Source of the DNA: Lactobacillus sp.
Lineage (GTDB): Bacteria > Bacillota > Bacilli > Lactobacillales > Lactobacillaceae
Length of the DNA stretch: 64,000 nucleotides
NCBI GenBank assembly: GCA_030455605.1
Contig: JAKDPD010000006.1
Span: 6,069 to 70,068 of the forward strand
Direction: 5' to 3'
Position 1 is the first letter of the stretch; the number at the start of each line of letters is the position of its first letter. This document shows, in pieces, positions 38,784 to 48,144 of this stretch. Made by a program: the position numbers and the translations under genes. The notes beneath the pieces were generated by a model. It did not search any database. It worked only from the letters and a program-made list of their open reading frames with translations, and was not told the origin of the DNA.

Positions 38784-39152
38784 ATGACTTTATTTTTAGC
38801 AGCAGTAGCTAACGGTGGCGGTCAAAATATGTTGATGATTGTCCTATTTATTGGCTTAGGACTTTTTACTTATTTTGTGATGTTACGTCCACAAAAAAAG
38901 GCCCAACAAAAACGTTTGGACATGATGGGCCAATTAAAACCTGGTGATCAAGTTGTATTGGTCGATGGCTTACATGGTAAGGTGGATGCTATCAACGAAG
39001 TCGACAAGACGGTCGTAATTGATGCTGACGGTATCTATTTAACTTTTAGCCGCATGGCAGTCCGTGAAGTGATTCCTAGTCAACCGGCTGAAACCGATAA
39101 AGTAGTTAAATCAACTGAGACGCCTGAGTCACAGCCTGAGGATCATGAATAA
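38784..39152 (+). CDS. yajC: Preprotein translocase subunit YajC
   Basis: Transmembrane segment followed by RPQKK, LKPGDQVV..GLHG. Confidence 0.92.
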   Translation: MTLFLAAVANGGGQNMLMIVLFIGLGLFTYFVMLRPQKKAQQKRLDMMGQLKPGDQVVLVDGLHGKVDAINEVDKTVVIDADGIYLTFSRMAVREVIPSQPAETDKVVKSTETPESQPEDHE

Positions 39153-39228
39153 CTATCAAGGCGCGCTAGCGCCTTTTGTTTTGCTAAAAATTAGAATGGC
39201 TTATTAAAGAAGCGGCCTTAGGAGGTTT

Positions 39229-40683
39229 ATGATGCAAGATATTCCAGCAGTGATGATCATTTTCGGTGGTAGCGGTGATTTAGCTCATCGTAAGTTGTAT
39301 CCAGCGCTATTTAATTTGTATGAGCAGGGGCTGTTACATGCACATTTTGCCGTGATTGCGACTGCACGGCGGCCTTGGTCACATGCTTTTTTGCAAGAAC
39401 AAGTAGCTGATGCCATTCATGAAGTAAATCTGGACGTTGATGAGGAACATTTAACGGCGTTTGCGAGTCACTTCTACTATCAAAGTCATGACGTCACAAA
39501 AGTTGATCACTATGTTACTTTAAAGAATCTAGCTGCTAAACTTGACCAGAAATATCATGCACAAGGGAATCGCGTCTTCTATATGGCAATGGCACCACGC
39601 TTTTTTGGGACGATTGCCACCCATATTAATGATCAACGCTTAACCAGCACGGGTTTTAATCGCATCGTGGTCGAAAAACCATTCGGTCGTTCTTTAGAGA
39701 CGGCCGAAGCGCTCAATCGGCAAATTACGGCTTGTTTTGAAGAAAGTCAGATTTTCCGAATTGATCATTATTTAGGTAAGGAAATGATTCAAAATATTTT
39801 ACCACTACGTTTTGCTAATCCATTGATGCGGCAAGCTTGGAATCATGAACAAATTGCCAATATCCAAGTGACTTTAGCTGAACGTTTAGGCGTGGAGGCG
39901 CGAGGTGGTTACTATGAGACTGCCGGTGCTTTACGCGATATGGTGCAAAATCACATTTTTCAAATTGTAACTTTATTGGCGATGCCGGAACCGACTGATC
40001 CAAGTGCCAACGCGGTTCATCAAGCCAAGCAAACGCTACTTGCTAGTTTGCAATTACCGACGCCAGAACAAGTCAGTCAGCATTTCATTCGTGGTCAATA
40101 TGCGGCGAGTGATCGCACCTTTGCTTATCGCAACGAGCCCAATGTCGCGTCCGATTCAACGACAGAAACTTATGCAGCTGGGCAAATCAAGTTTACCGCT
40201 GGTCCCTTGGCTGAAGTGCCGATTTACTTCCGCACCGGGAAAGCCTTGAAAGAAAAAATGAGCCGGGTAGATGTGGTCTTTAAGCCAGTCAAGTCGTTTT
40301 ACGGTGAAGCGACTGCTAACTATTTAACTATTGAATTTGATCCTAAAAATCGCCTAACTTTAAGTCTCAACGGCAAGCAAATTAAAGGACCAGGCTTACG
40401 TCAAGAAGCATTTACTTATGCTTTGAGTGATTATGAAACCAGTATCGTCCCAGATGGTTATGAACGACTCTTGCATGATGTCTTCGTTAATAATTCGGTT
40501 AACTTTACCCATTGGGCTGAACTTAAGCGTTATTGGGAATTCATTGATGCGATTGAGAGCGCTTGGCAAGCGGAAAATGCTACTGGTGAACCCGTAATTG
40601 TGCAGTATCCGCCATATCACTATGGACCACATAGTAGTCGAAACATTTTTGCCACTTCGGATACGAACTGGATCTATGGCTAA
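39229..40683 (+). CDS. zwf: Glucose-6-phosphate 1-dehydrogenase
   Basis: GGSGDLAHRKLYPAL, EKPFG, RIDHYLGKE, RDMVQNH. Confidence 0.96.
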   Translation: MMQDIPAVMIIFGGSGDLAHRKLYPALFNLYEQGLLHAHFAVIATARRPWSHAFLQEQVADAIHEVNLDVDEEHLTAFASHFYYQSHDVTKVDHYVTLKNLAAKLDQKYHAQGNRVFYMAMAPRFFGTIATHINDQRLTSTGFNRIVVEKPFGRSLETAEALNRQITACFEESQIFRIDHYLGKEMIQNILPLRFANPLMRQAWNHEQIANIQVTLAERLGVEARGGYYETAGALRDMVQNHIFQIVTLLAMPEPTDPSANAVHQAKQTLLASLQLPTPEQVSQHFIRGQYAASDRTFAYRNEPNVASDSTTETYAAGQIKFTAGPLAEVPIYFRTGKALKEKMSRVDVVFKPVKSFYGEATANYLTIEFDPKNRLTLSLNGKQIKGPGLRQEAFTYALSDYETSIVPDGYERLLHDVFVNNSVNFTHWAELKRYWEFIDAIESAWQAENATGEPVIVQYPPYHYGPHSSRNIFATSDTNWIYG

Positions 40684-41797
40684 GACGGATTTACTTCCGC
40701 GTAATGATGTGCATCGCCGAATTATCCATTTGGACATGGATGCTTTCTATGCGTCGGTGGAGTTGCGTGACTATCCGGAATTAGCGGGAAAAGCCGTGGT
40801 GGTTGCTTACGATCCGCGTGAACATCATGGTCATGGTGTCATTACAACCGCTAACTATCAGGCGCGTAAGTATGGGGTTGGCAGTGCCATGCCAGCTATT
40901 GATGCCGTCCGCTTGGTGCCAGCTAATGAGCTCGTTTTTGTGCCACCACATTTTGAAAAGTATCATGCGGTTTCCAATCAGGTACGCAGCGTTATGCGTG
41001 AAGTGACTGATTTAATTGATCCGGTTGCGCTAGATGAAGCTTACCTCGATGTGACTCAAAATAAATTAGGCACCTATTCAGCGATTGCTCTAGGCGCGTA
41101 TCTACAGCGGCGAGTTTATCAAGTAACGGGTCTGACCGCTTCGTTTGGTGTTTCTTATAATAAGATTTTAGCCAAGATGGGGTCAGAATATGCCAAGCCT
41201 TTTGGTCGGACGATTATTTTGCCAGAAGAAGCGGTGGCTTTTCTAGGTCAGCAGGATATTGCGACTTTCCCCGGTATTGGTAAGAAAACGCAGGTCATTT
41301 TACACCAGTTGGGCTTGAATACTGGACATGATTTACAACAGCAGCCAGTCGAATGGTTCTTACGGCGCTTTAAAAAGCAAGGCTATCAAATGGCCATGCA
41401 TGCTTGGGGCATTGATTTACGGCCAGTATTGGCCCACCGCCAGCGTAAGTCGCTGGGCAAAGAGCAAACCTATAATCCGAGTCTGTTTACCCAAAAAGCG
41501 GCATTAGCACAGCTAGAACAGCAAAGTCAGCGGGTTAGCCAAGCGCTAAAAAAACAACACCTCGTTGCCAGCTGTGTGACCCTGAAAATTCGTAATGCGA
41601 AGTTTGAGACGATGACTCACCAGGTTCAACTTAAGCGTCATAGCGATGATGCGAGCGCCATTTATTTGGCTGTCAGGGAACTCTTCTTACCGCTAACCGT
41701 ATTTTGGACTAGTGGCATTCGCTTATTAGGGGTCTCTTGTAGTCAATTGAAAGCAGCTGCCTATGCTCAAATTGATTTATTTAAGACATCTGAATGA
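40676..41797 (+). CDS. dinB: DNA polymerase IV
   Basis: IIHLDMDAFYASVE, ANYQARKYGV.SAM, LDEAYLD, clamp motif QIDLF. Confidence 0.95.
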   Translation: MAKTDLLPRNDVHRRIIHLDMDAFYASVELRDYPELAGKAVVVAYDPREHHGHGVITTANYQARKYGVGSAMPAIDAVRLVPANELVFVPPHFEKYHAVSNQVRSVMREVTDLIDPVALDEAYLDVTQNKLGTYSAIALGAYLQRRVYQVTGLTASFGVSYNKILAKMGSEYAKPFGRTIILPEEAVAFLGQQDIATFPGIGKKTQVILHQLGLNTGHDLQQQPVEWFLRRFKKQGYQMAMHAWGIDLRPVLAHRQRKSLGKEQTYNPSLFTQKAALAQLEQQSQRVSQALKKQHLVASCVTLKIRNAKFETMTHQVQLKRHSDDASAIYLAVRELFLPLTVFWTSGIRLLGVSCSQLKAAAYAQIDLFKTSE

Positions 41798-41864
41798 TAA
41801 TCTACTATGGTAGCTACCGATTTTCTGGTAAACTGTAGGGTAAACATTTTTAAGGAGTAAACAA

Positions 41865-42824
41865 ATGAGTACGAATACTTTTGATGAAATATTAACTAAA
41901 ATCAAACAATATGACACCATCATTTTGCACCGTCATACCAGTCCTGATCCAGATGCGATTGGCTCCCAAGCAGGCTTAGCACGGTCATTACGGTTGGCTT
42001 TTCCAGCTAAGCGCATTCTGTGTGCTGGTTCTGCGGTTAATAACTTGGCTTGGATTAATGAAATGGATGAAGTACAAGATGCCGATTATCAAGGTGCTTT
42101 AGTCATTACCACGGATACTGCAAATACTCCGCGTATTTCGGATCAGCGCTTTAAAGACGGTGCTTACCTTATTAAAATTGATCACCATCCTAACCGTGAC
42201 CCTTATGGTGATTTAAGCTATGTGGATGATCAAGCACCAGCTGCTAGTCAGATTGTGGCAGATCTCATTATTAGCGAAAAATTACCACTAACGAAAGAAG
42301 TCGCAGCAGCGCTATATGCTGGTATCGTTGGTGATACGGGCCGGTTTATGTACCCTGATACAAGTGCCCATACCTTTGAAGTGGCTGCCATTTTAACGAA
42401 AACTGGTATTGATATTAGTGCGATTGCCCGTCATATTGCCGATGTCAGTTTTGCACAAGCCAAATTACAAGCGGCCTGCATGCAAGTGATGGAAGTTGAT
42501 GCATCGGGCGCGGCGATGGCCATTATCAGTCAGCAAACGATGAAAGAATTGCAAATTGATATTGAACAAACTGCGGTTGCCGTGGGAACACCAGGTCATA
42601 TTAAAGATATTCTGGCTTGGGATGTCTTTGTTGAGAAGCCAGATGGTTCTTATCGCGTGCACTATCGTTCTAAGGGGCCGGTAATTAATCAATTGGCAGA
42701 GGCACATGACGGCGGCGGTCATGCCCTTGCTTCTGGTGCTAATGCTAAAGATTTAGCAGAAGTACATCAGATTTTCCAAGAATTAATTGCAGTAACCAAG
42801 AAATATGAGGCGGCTAATGTCTAA
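41865..42824 (+). CDS. nrnA: DHH/DHHA1 nanoRNase/pAp phosphatase (NrnA-like)
   Basis: HTSPDPDAIGS, IDHH, GIVGDTGRF, GGGHALASG. Confidence 0.88.
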   Translation: MSTNTFDEILTKIKQYDTIILHRHTSPDPDAIGSQAGLARSLRLAFPAKRILCAGSAVNNLAWINEMDEVQDADYQGALVITTDTANTPRISDQRFKDGAYLIKIDHHPNRDPYGDLSYVDDQAPAASQIVADLIISEKLPLTKEVAAALYAGIVGDTGRFMYPDTSAHTFEVAAILTKTGIDISAIARHIADVSFAQAKLQAACMQVMEVDASGAAMAIISQQTMKELQIDIEQTAVAVGTPGHIKDILAWDVFVEKPDGSYRVHYRSKGPVINQLAEAHDGGGHALASGANAKDLAEVHQIFQELIAVTKKYEAANV

Positions 42825-44178
42825 TGTGTTTGCGGATCCACGCCTAATTGCGGCGCTTACGACGGGTCTAAAGAAAATCAACTTTACTACCCCGACGCCG
42901 GTGCAAAAGCAGGTAATTCCAGCGATGTTGTCGCATCAGACTGTTGTCGTGCAAGCAGCTACCGGTTCGGGAAAAACCCATGCGTATTTGCTCCCTTTGT
43001 TTAATCAGATTGTCGCAGAAACGCCGGTTGTGCAAGCAATTGTGACTGCGCCAAGTCGGGAGCTAGCTGACCAACTTTATCAGGTGGCCAAAGAGCTAAG
43101 AGACGCTTGCGGACTGGATATTCAAATTGCGCATTTGGCTGGTGGGACTGATCGTGAACGGCAAGTTACGCAACTTACGCACCGTAATCCCCAATTGGTG
43201 ATTGCCACGCCAGGGCGTTTGACTGATTTGGTCAAAAAGAAGATTCTAACGGTTGATCAGGTTAAGACTTTTGTCATTGACGAAGCAGATATGACGTTGG
43301 ATATGGGCTTTTTAGCTGATGTTGAAACTGTCATGGCGAAGTTACCCAAGGATGTGCAAGTGGCTGCTTTTTCAGCAACCATCCCAGTCAAATTACGCCA
43401 TTTCTTGCATAAGTATTTAACGCGGCCGGAAGCAATCGTGGTTGATAATCCAACCGTGATTGCCCCAACGATTAAAAATGATTTACTGGATGTTGGTGCT
43501 AAGAATCGTAAACATGTCATCTATCAGTTGTTGACGCTTGGGCAACCTTATCTGGCTATGGTCTTTGCGAATACCAAGCAGACGGTTGATGAATTAACCA
43601 AGTATTTGCAAGACCAAGGCTTGAAAGTGACCAAAATTCACGGTGATATTCCTGCACGTGAACGTAAGCGCGTGCTACGCCGAATTGAAGCTGGGCAGTA
43701 TCAATACGTGGTGGCCACTGATTTAGCGGCCAGAGGGTTAGATATTGATGGTGTGAGCTTAGTTATTAATGCTGAAATTCCACGTGATTTGGAATTTGTC
43801 GTCCACCGTATCGGGCGGACAGGTCGTAATGGCTTGAGCGGTCACGCAATTACATTGATTCATGAAGAAGAATTAAACCGGATAGCTGAATTAGAGCATC
43901 TTGGTATTAAGTTTGACTTTGTCGAATTACGCAGCGGTGTGTTACAGCCGCGTAAGAATCATCATGCACGTGAACAGCGCCGCGCTAAGAACGACAAGCT
44001 TGATCCGAAACTGCTAGGTTTTGTGAAGAAAGAAAAGCGGCAGCGTAAACCAGGTTATAAGAAGAAGATTCAAGCGGCAATTAAAGATGATGCTGCTAAG
44101 AAACGCAAATTACAAACGCGCCATGATTTACGTGTCAAACGCCGGCATCGCCAACAACGAAATCAGTCTGAGCGTTGA
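42817..44178 (+). CDS. cshB: DEAD-box RNA helicase (CshB-like)
   Basis: ATGSGKT, PSRELA, TPGR, DEAD, SAT, ARGLD, HRIGRTGR. Confidence 0.9.
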   Translation: MSNVFADPRLIAALTTGLKKINFTTPTPVQKQVIPAMLSHQTVVVQAATGSGKTHAYLLPLFNQIVAETPVVQAIVTAPSRELADQLYQVAKELRDACGLDIQIAHLAGGTDRERQVTQLTHRNPQLVIATPGRLTDLVKKKILTVDQVKTFVIDEADMTLDMGFLADVETVMAKLPKDVQVAAFSATIPVKLRHFLHKYLTRPEAIVVDNPTVIAPTIKNDLLDVGAKNRKHVIYQLLTLGQPYLAMVFANTKQTVDELTKYLQDQGLKVTKIHGDIPARERKRVLRRIEAGQYQYVVATDLAARGLDIDGVSLVINAEIPRDLEFVVHRIGRTGRNGLSGHAITLIHEEELNRIAELEHLGIKFDFVELRSGVLQPRKNHHAREQRRAKNDKLDPKLLGFVKKEKRQRKPGYKKKIQAAIKDDAAKKRKLQTRHDLRVKRRHRQQRNQSER

Positions 44179-44202
44179 CAAGTGGCTAGTTTGTAGTACA
44201 AT
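44175..44202 (+). promoter_or_regulatory. alaS promoter
   Basis: TTGACA-16 bp-TACAAT. Confidence 0.7.
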
Positions 44203-44207
44203 TTGGC

Positions 44208-44388
44208 TAATGAGACATATTGTTTAGCTTAACCTTGTTCAGAGAGAGCGAATGGCTGGGAACGCTTCAAGGTCACTAAATAATGCTATTGATGACTAAT
44301 AATGAAATAATTGAGAGGTAACAAACACTGTTGCAATCAAGGTGGTACCGCGCATAGGCGTCCTTGAATTTGCAATCAGTGTTTTTTT
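44208..44388 (+). promoter_or_regulatory. T-box riboswitch (Ala, GCU specifier)
   Basis: Stem I with AGAGA and GCTG motifs, GCT at 44285-44287, T-box AATCAAGGTGGTACCGCG at 44335-44352, T7 tract at 44382-44388. Confidence 0.9.
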
Positions 44389-44407
44389 GTTTGAAGGGAT
44401 AGCGCAG

Positions 44408-47044
44408 ATGAAGCAACTAAATAGTTCAGAAGTTCGTCAAATGTTTTTGGACTTTTTTAAATCACATGGTCATATGGTCTTACCATCTCAGAGTTTAATT
44501 CCAGCAGATGATCCTACTTTATTGTGGATTAACTCCGGTGTGGCGACAATGAAGAAATATTTTGATGGTTCCGTCGTACCAAAGAACCACCGGATTACCA
44601 GTTCACAAAAATCAATTCGGACGAATGATATTGAAAATGTGGGTAAAACAGCTCGGCATCAAACTTTCTTTGAAATGCTCGGAAACTTTTCTGTGGGTGA
44701 TTACTTTAAAGAAGAGGCCATTAACTGGGCTTGGGAATTTTTGACGAGCGATAAATGGTTAGCTTTACCTAAGGAAAATTTGTATTGTACCGTCTACCCG
44801 AAAGATCCAGATGCGCGCAAGTTTTGGATGGCTGCTGGGATGCCGGAAGACCACATTGTCAAGCTTGAGGATAACTTCTGGGATATTGGTGAAGGTCCAT
44901 GTGGTCCGGATTCTGAAATCTTTTATGACCGTGGTCCAGAAAATAATGATGTGGCTGAAGATGATCCGGAAAACTTCCCTGGCGGTGAAAATGCGCGTTA
45001 TTTGGAAATTTGGAATATCGTCTTTTCACAATATAACCACTTACCGAACGGCAAATATGTCGACCAACCACATAAAAATATTGATACTGGGATGGGGCTA
45101 GAACGGGTCTTGTCGATTCTGCAAGATGCACCAACTAACTTTGAAACTGACCTCTTCCTACCGATTATTCACGCAACTGAGCGCTTATCGGCCGGCAAGA
45201 AATACAACAAGATGGCTGCCGATACTGTTGCCTTTAAGATTATTGCCGACCATGTCCGGGCTGTTTCCTTTGCGATTGGGGATGGGGCGTTACCTTCTAA
45301 TTCCGGTCGTGGGTATGTTTTGCGGCGGCTAATTCGCCGGGCTGATTTAAATGGTAAACGTTTAGGGATTAAGGGTGCGTTCTTGTATCAACTGGTACCA
45401 ATCGTGGGTCAAATTATGGCTTCACATTATCCTGAAGTGCAAGATCAAGCTAGCTTCATTGCCAAGGTTATTCGCAATGAAGAAGAACGTTTCCAAGTGA
45501 CACTTGAATCTGGGTTAAGCTTGCTAGATGATTTAATTAGCAAAGCACAGGCTTCAAATGATAAGGTTATTTCCGGAAAAGCGGCATTTAAATTATTTGA
45601 TACCTATGGCTTTCCTTATGAATTGACGGTTGAATCAGCTGAAGATGCTGGCTTGAAAGTGGATAAGACTGGTTTTGACGCTGAAATGTCAGCCCAAAAA
45701 GAGCGTGCGCGTCAAGCCCGCGGGAATTTGCAATCCATGGGAGCACAAGATGTCACCCTCATGAATTTGAAAGATAAGAGTCAATTTGAATACGGTACGG
45801 AAACAGATCAGGCTAAGCTAATTGATATTCTAGTTGATGATAAATTGGTTGCAAAAGCTGATGGTGAGACAGCAACTTTAGTCTTTGATAAGACTCCATT
45901 TTATGCTGAACGCGGCGGTCAAGTGGCTGATCATGGGCGGATTTATAATGGCGAACATGAACTGGTTGCTAAGGTGACGGATGTCCAGCATGCACCAAAT
46001 GATCAAAACTTGCACTTTGTGGATTTGATTTTGCCAGTAGAACAAGGGCAAACTTATACCCTTGAAGTTGATCATGAACGCCGTGCGGGCTTGCGTCATA
46101 GTCACTCGGCAACTCATTTGTTACATGCGGCATTGCGTGAAGTGCTAGGTGTCCATACCCATCAAGCTGGTTCATTAGTCGAACCTGACTATCTCCGCTT
46201 TGACTTTACTTCACTTGATCCGATGACGCCACGGGAAATTGCAACTGTGGAGCGCTTGGTCAATGAAAAAATCTGGGCTGGCATTAGCGTTAAAACGACG
46301 GTCACCGATGCTGAACATGGCAAAGCTATGGGCGCTTTAGCCCTCTTTGATGGGAAGTATGCCGATCAAGTTCGGGTTGTACAGATGGGTGACTTTTCAA
46401 GTGAATTCTGTGGTGGTACCCATGTTGACAATACGGCGCAAATTGGTATTTTCAAGATTACGTCGGAATTTGCAATTGGGGCTGGCATGCGCCGAATTGA
46501 AGCAGTCACCTCACGCAAGGCCTATGACTTTTTGGCTAGGCAAGCTGATTTAGTCAGCGAAGTTCAAGAATTGGTGAAAGCCAATAAACCTGAGCTCATT
46601 ACGGAAAAATTAACAAGTATGGAAAGTCACTTGCATGATAGTCAAAAGCAAGTCGCCGAATTGCAGTTGACCATTAATCAGCAAAAGGCGACCAGCCTAT
46701 TTGATCAGCAGCAGACGGTTGGTGACTTATCAGTCATTGCGACGATTGCGGATGTGGCTTCAATTGCTGACTTGCGAGAATTAGCAGATACTTGGAACCA
46801 GGGTGCTAAGTCAGATGTGCTGGTATTGGCCGCTAAACATGCAGGTAAGGCTAATATGATTATTGCTTTAGGCGATAAAGCACGCAAACAAGGACTCAAA
46901 GCCGGTGACTTAATTAAGATTGCCGCTCCTATCTTTGGTGGTGGTGGCGGTGGTCGTCCTAATCTGGCGCAAGCTGGTGGTGCCAATCCAGCTGGCTTAG
47001 CAGATGCCATTAAGGCAGTGTTAGCTGCCATCGCTCAAAATTAA
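44408..47044 (+). CDS. alaS: Alanine--tRNA ligase
   Basis: RHQTFFEMLGNFS, IDTGMGLER, HSATHLLHAAL, EFCGGTH, GGGGGRP. Confidence 0.98.
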   Translation: MKQLNSSEVRQMFLDFFKSHGHMVLPSQSLIPADDPTLLWINSGVATMKKYFDGSVVPKNHRITSSQKSIRTNDIENVGKTARHQTFFEMLGNFSVGDYFKEEAINWAWEFLTSDKWLALPKENLYCTVYPKDPDARKFWMAAGMPEDHIVKLEDNFWDIGEGPCGPDSEIFYDRGPENNDVAEDDPENFPGGENARYLEIWNIVFSQYNHLPNGKYVDQPHKNIDTGMGLERVLSILQDAPTNFETDLFLPIIHATERLSAGKKYNKMAADTVAFKIIADHVRAVSFAIGDGALPSNSGRGYVLRRLIRRADLNGKRLGIKGAFLYQLVPIVGQIMASHYPEVQDQASFIAKVIRNEEERFQVTLESGLSLLDDLISKAQASNDKVISGKAAFKLFDTYGFPYELTVESAEDAGLKVDKTGFDAEMSAQKERARQARGNLQSMGAQDVTLMNLKDKSQFEYGTETDQAKLIDILVDDKLVAKADGETATLVFDKTPFYAERGGQVADHGRIYNGEHELVAKVTDVQHAPNDQNLHFVDLILPVEQGQTYTLEVDHERRAGLRHSHSATHLLHAALREVLGVHTHQAGSLVEPDYLRFDFTSLDPMTPREIATVERLVNEKIWAGISVKTTVTDAEHGKAMGALALFDGKYADQVRVVQMGDFSSEFCGGTHVDNTAQIGIFKITSEFAIGAGMRRIEAVTSRKAYDFLARQADLVSEVQELVKANKPELITEKLTSMESHLHDSQKQVAELQLTINQQKATSLFDQQQTVGDLSVIATIADVASIADLRELADTWNQGAKSDVLVLAAKHAGKANMIIALGDKARKQGLKAGDLIKIAAPIFGGGGGGRPNLAQAGGANPAGLADAIKAVLAAIAQN

Positions 47045-47096
47045 TTGATTGAGTTTCCTTAACTTTTCAAGTAAAATTGTGACAGGAGGAATAAAG

Positions 47097-47354
47097 ATGA
47101 GTTCGCTAGATAAGACCATGCATTTTGACTTTAATCAAAATAAAGGCAAGAATGTTTATGAAACTTTACAAGATGTCTACAGCGCCCTTGAAGAAAAGGG
47201 TTATAACCCGATTAACCAGATTGTTGGTTACCTACTTTCTGGCGATCCGGCATATATTCCACGTCATAATGATGCTCGTAATTTAATTTTGAAACATGAA
47301 CGTGATGAGATTATTGAAGAATTGGTCAAAAGTTACTTGGGTAAGAACAAATAA
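47097..47354 (+). CDS. IreB/ReoM-family regulatory phosphoprotein
   Basis: [32 protein letters not shown]. Confidence 0.93.
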   Translation: MSSLDKTMHFDFNQNKGKNVYETLQDVYSALEEKGYNPINQIVGYLLSGDPAYIPRHNDARNLILKHERDEIIEELVKSYLGKNK

Positions 47355-47788
47355 TGCGCTTGCTAGGGTTAGACGTTGGCTCTAAAACCATTGGGGTGGC
47401 GGTATCTGATGAGCTAGGTTACACGGCTCAGAAGGTGACCACAATTCCAATTGATGAAGACCGTTTTAATTTTGGGATGCGCCCATTGAAAAAATTAGTG
47501 CGGACATATCAAGCGGATGGGTTTGTTTTGGGTTTGCCTAAAAACATGGATGGCTCTGAAGGCCCTTCTGTGGCTAGAAGCAAAGCTTATGGTCAACGTT
47601 TAGTGGCTAAATTTGGACTACCGGTTTCGTATGTGGATGAGCGCTTAACTACGGTTGAGTCGCGTCGTATTCTCGTTGATGCTGGGATTCATGACCGTAA
47701 AGAACGCAAGCAGGTCATCGATCAGATGGCCGCAATGTTAATTTTGCAGACCTATTTAGATTTGCAACGAAAGGACAATAATGGCTAA
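47354..47788 (+). CDS. ruvX: RuvX/YqgF family nuclease
   Basis: LGLDVGSKTIGVAVSD, GLPKNMDG, VDERLTT, IDQMAA. Confidence 0.93.
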   Translation: MRLLGLDVGSKTIGVAVSDELGYTAQKVTTIPIDEDRFNFGMRPLKKLVRTYQADGFVLGLPKNMDGSEGPSVARSKAYGQRLVAKFGLPVSYVDERLTTVESRRILVDAGIHDRKERKQVIDQMAAMLILQTYLDLQRKDNNG

Positions 47789-48095
47789 TCAGTTTGATCA
47801 CCCAGATGACGATAATCGTCAATTAACGTTAGTTGATGAACAAGGAAACGAAGAATTATTTGAAGTTCTATTCACTTTCCATTCCGATGACTATGACAAG
47901 TCATACGTCTTGCTCTACCCTGCAGCGGGTGAAGATAATGATGAAGTGGAAGTACAAGCTTTTAGTTATGATGCTGACGAGAGTGGCGAGGTAACGAGTA
48001 GCGATTTGCATGAAATTGATTCCGATGAGGAATGGGATATGGTGCAAGGGGTGTTAAACACCTTCATAGATGATGACCGCTTAAGTGGTAAATAA
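47781..48095 (+). CDS. DUF1292 (YrzB-like) protein
   Basis: LTLVDEQGNEELFEVLFTF, DEEWDMV; synteny with ireB-ruvX. Confidence 0.88.
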   Translation: MANQFDHPDDDNRQLTLVDEQGNEELFEVLFTFHSDDYDKSYVLLYPAAGEDNDEVEVQAFSYDADESGEVTSSDLHEIDSDEEWDMVQGVLNTFIDDDRLSGK

Positions 48096-48097
48096 AC

Positions 48098-48124
48098 AAA
48101 GGACTGGCGCTGCCGGTCCTTTTT
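48098..48124 (+). terminator. Terminator after DUF1292 gene
   Basis: AAAGGACTGGC-GCT-GCCGGTCC-TTTTT. Confidence 0.75.
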
Positions 48125-48144
48125 GTTAGGGATAGTTTTAAAAA

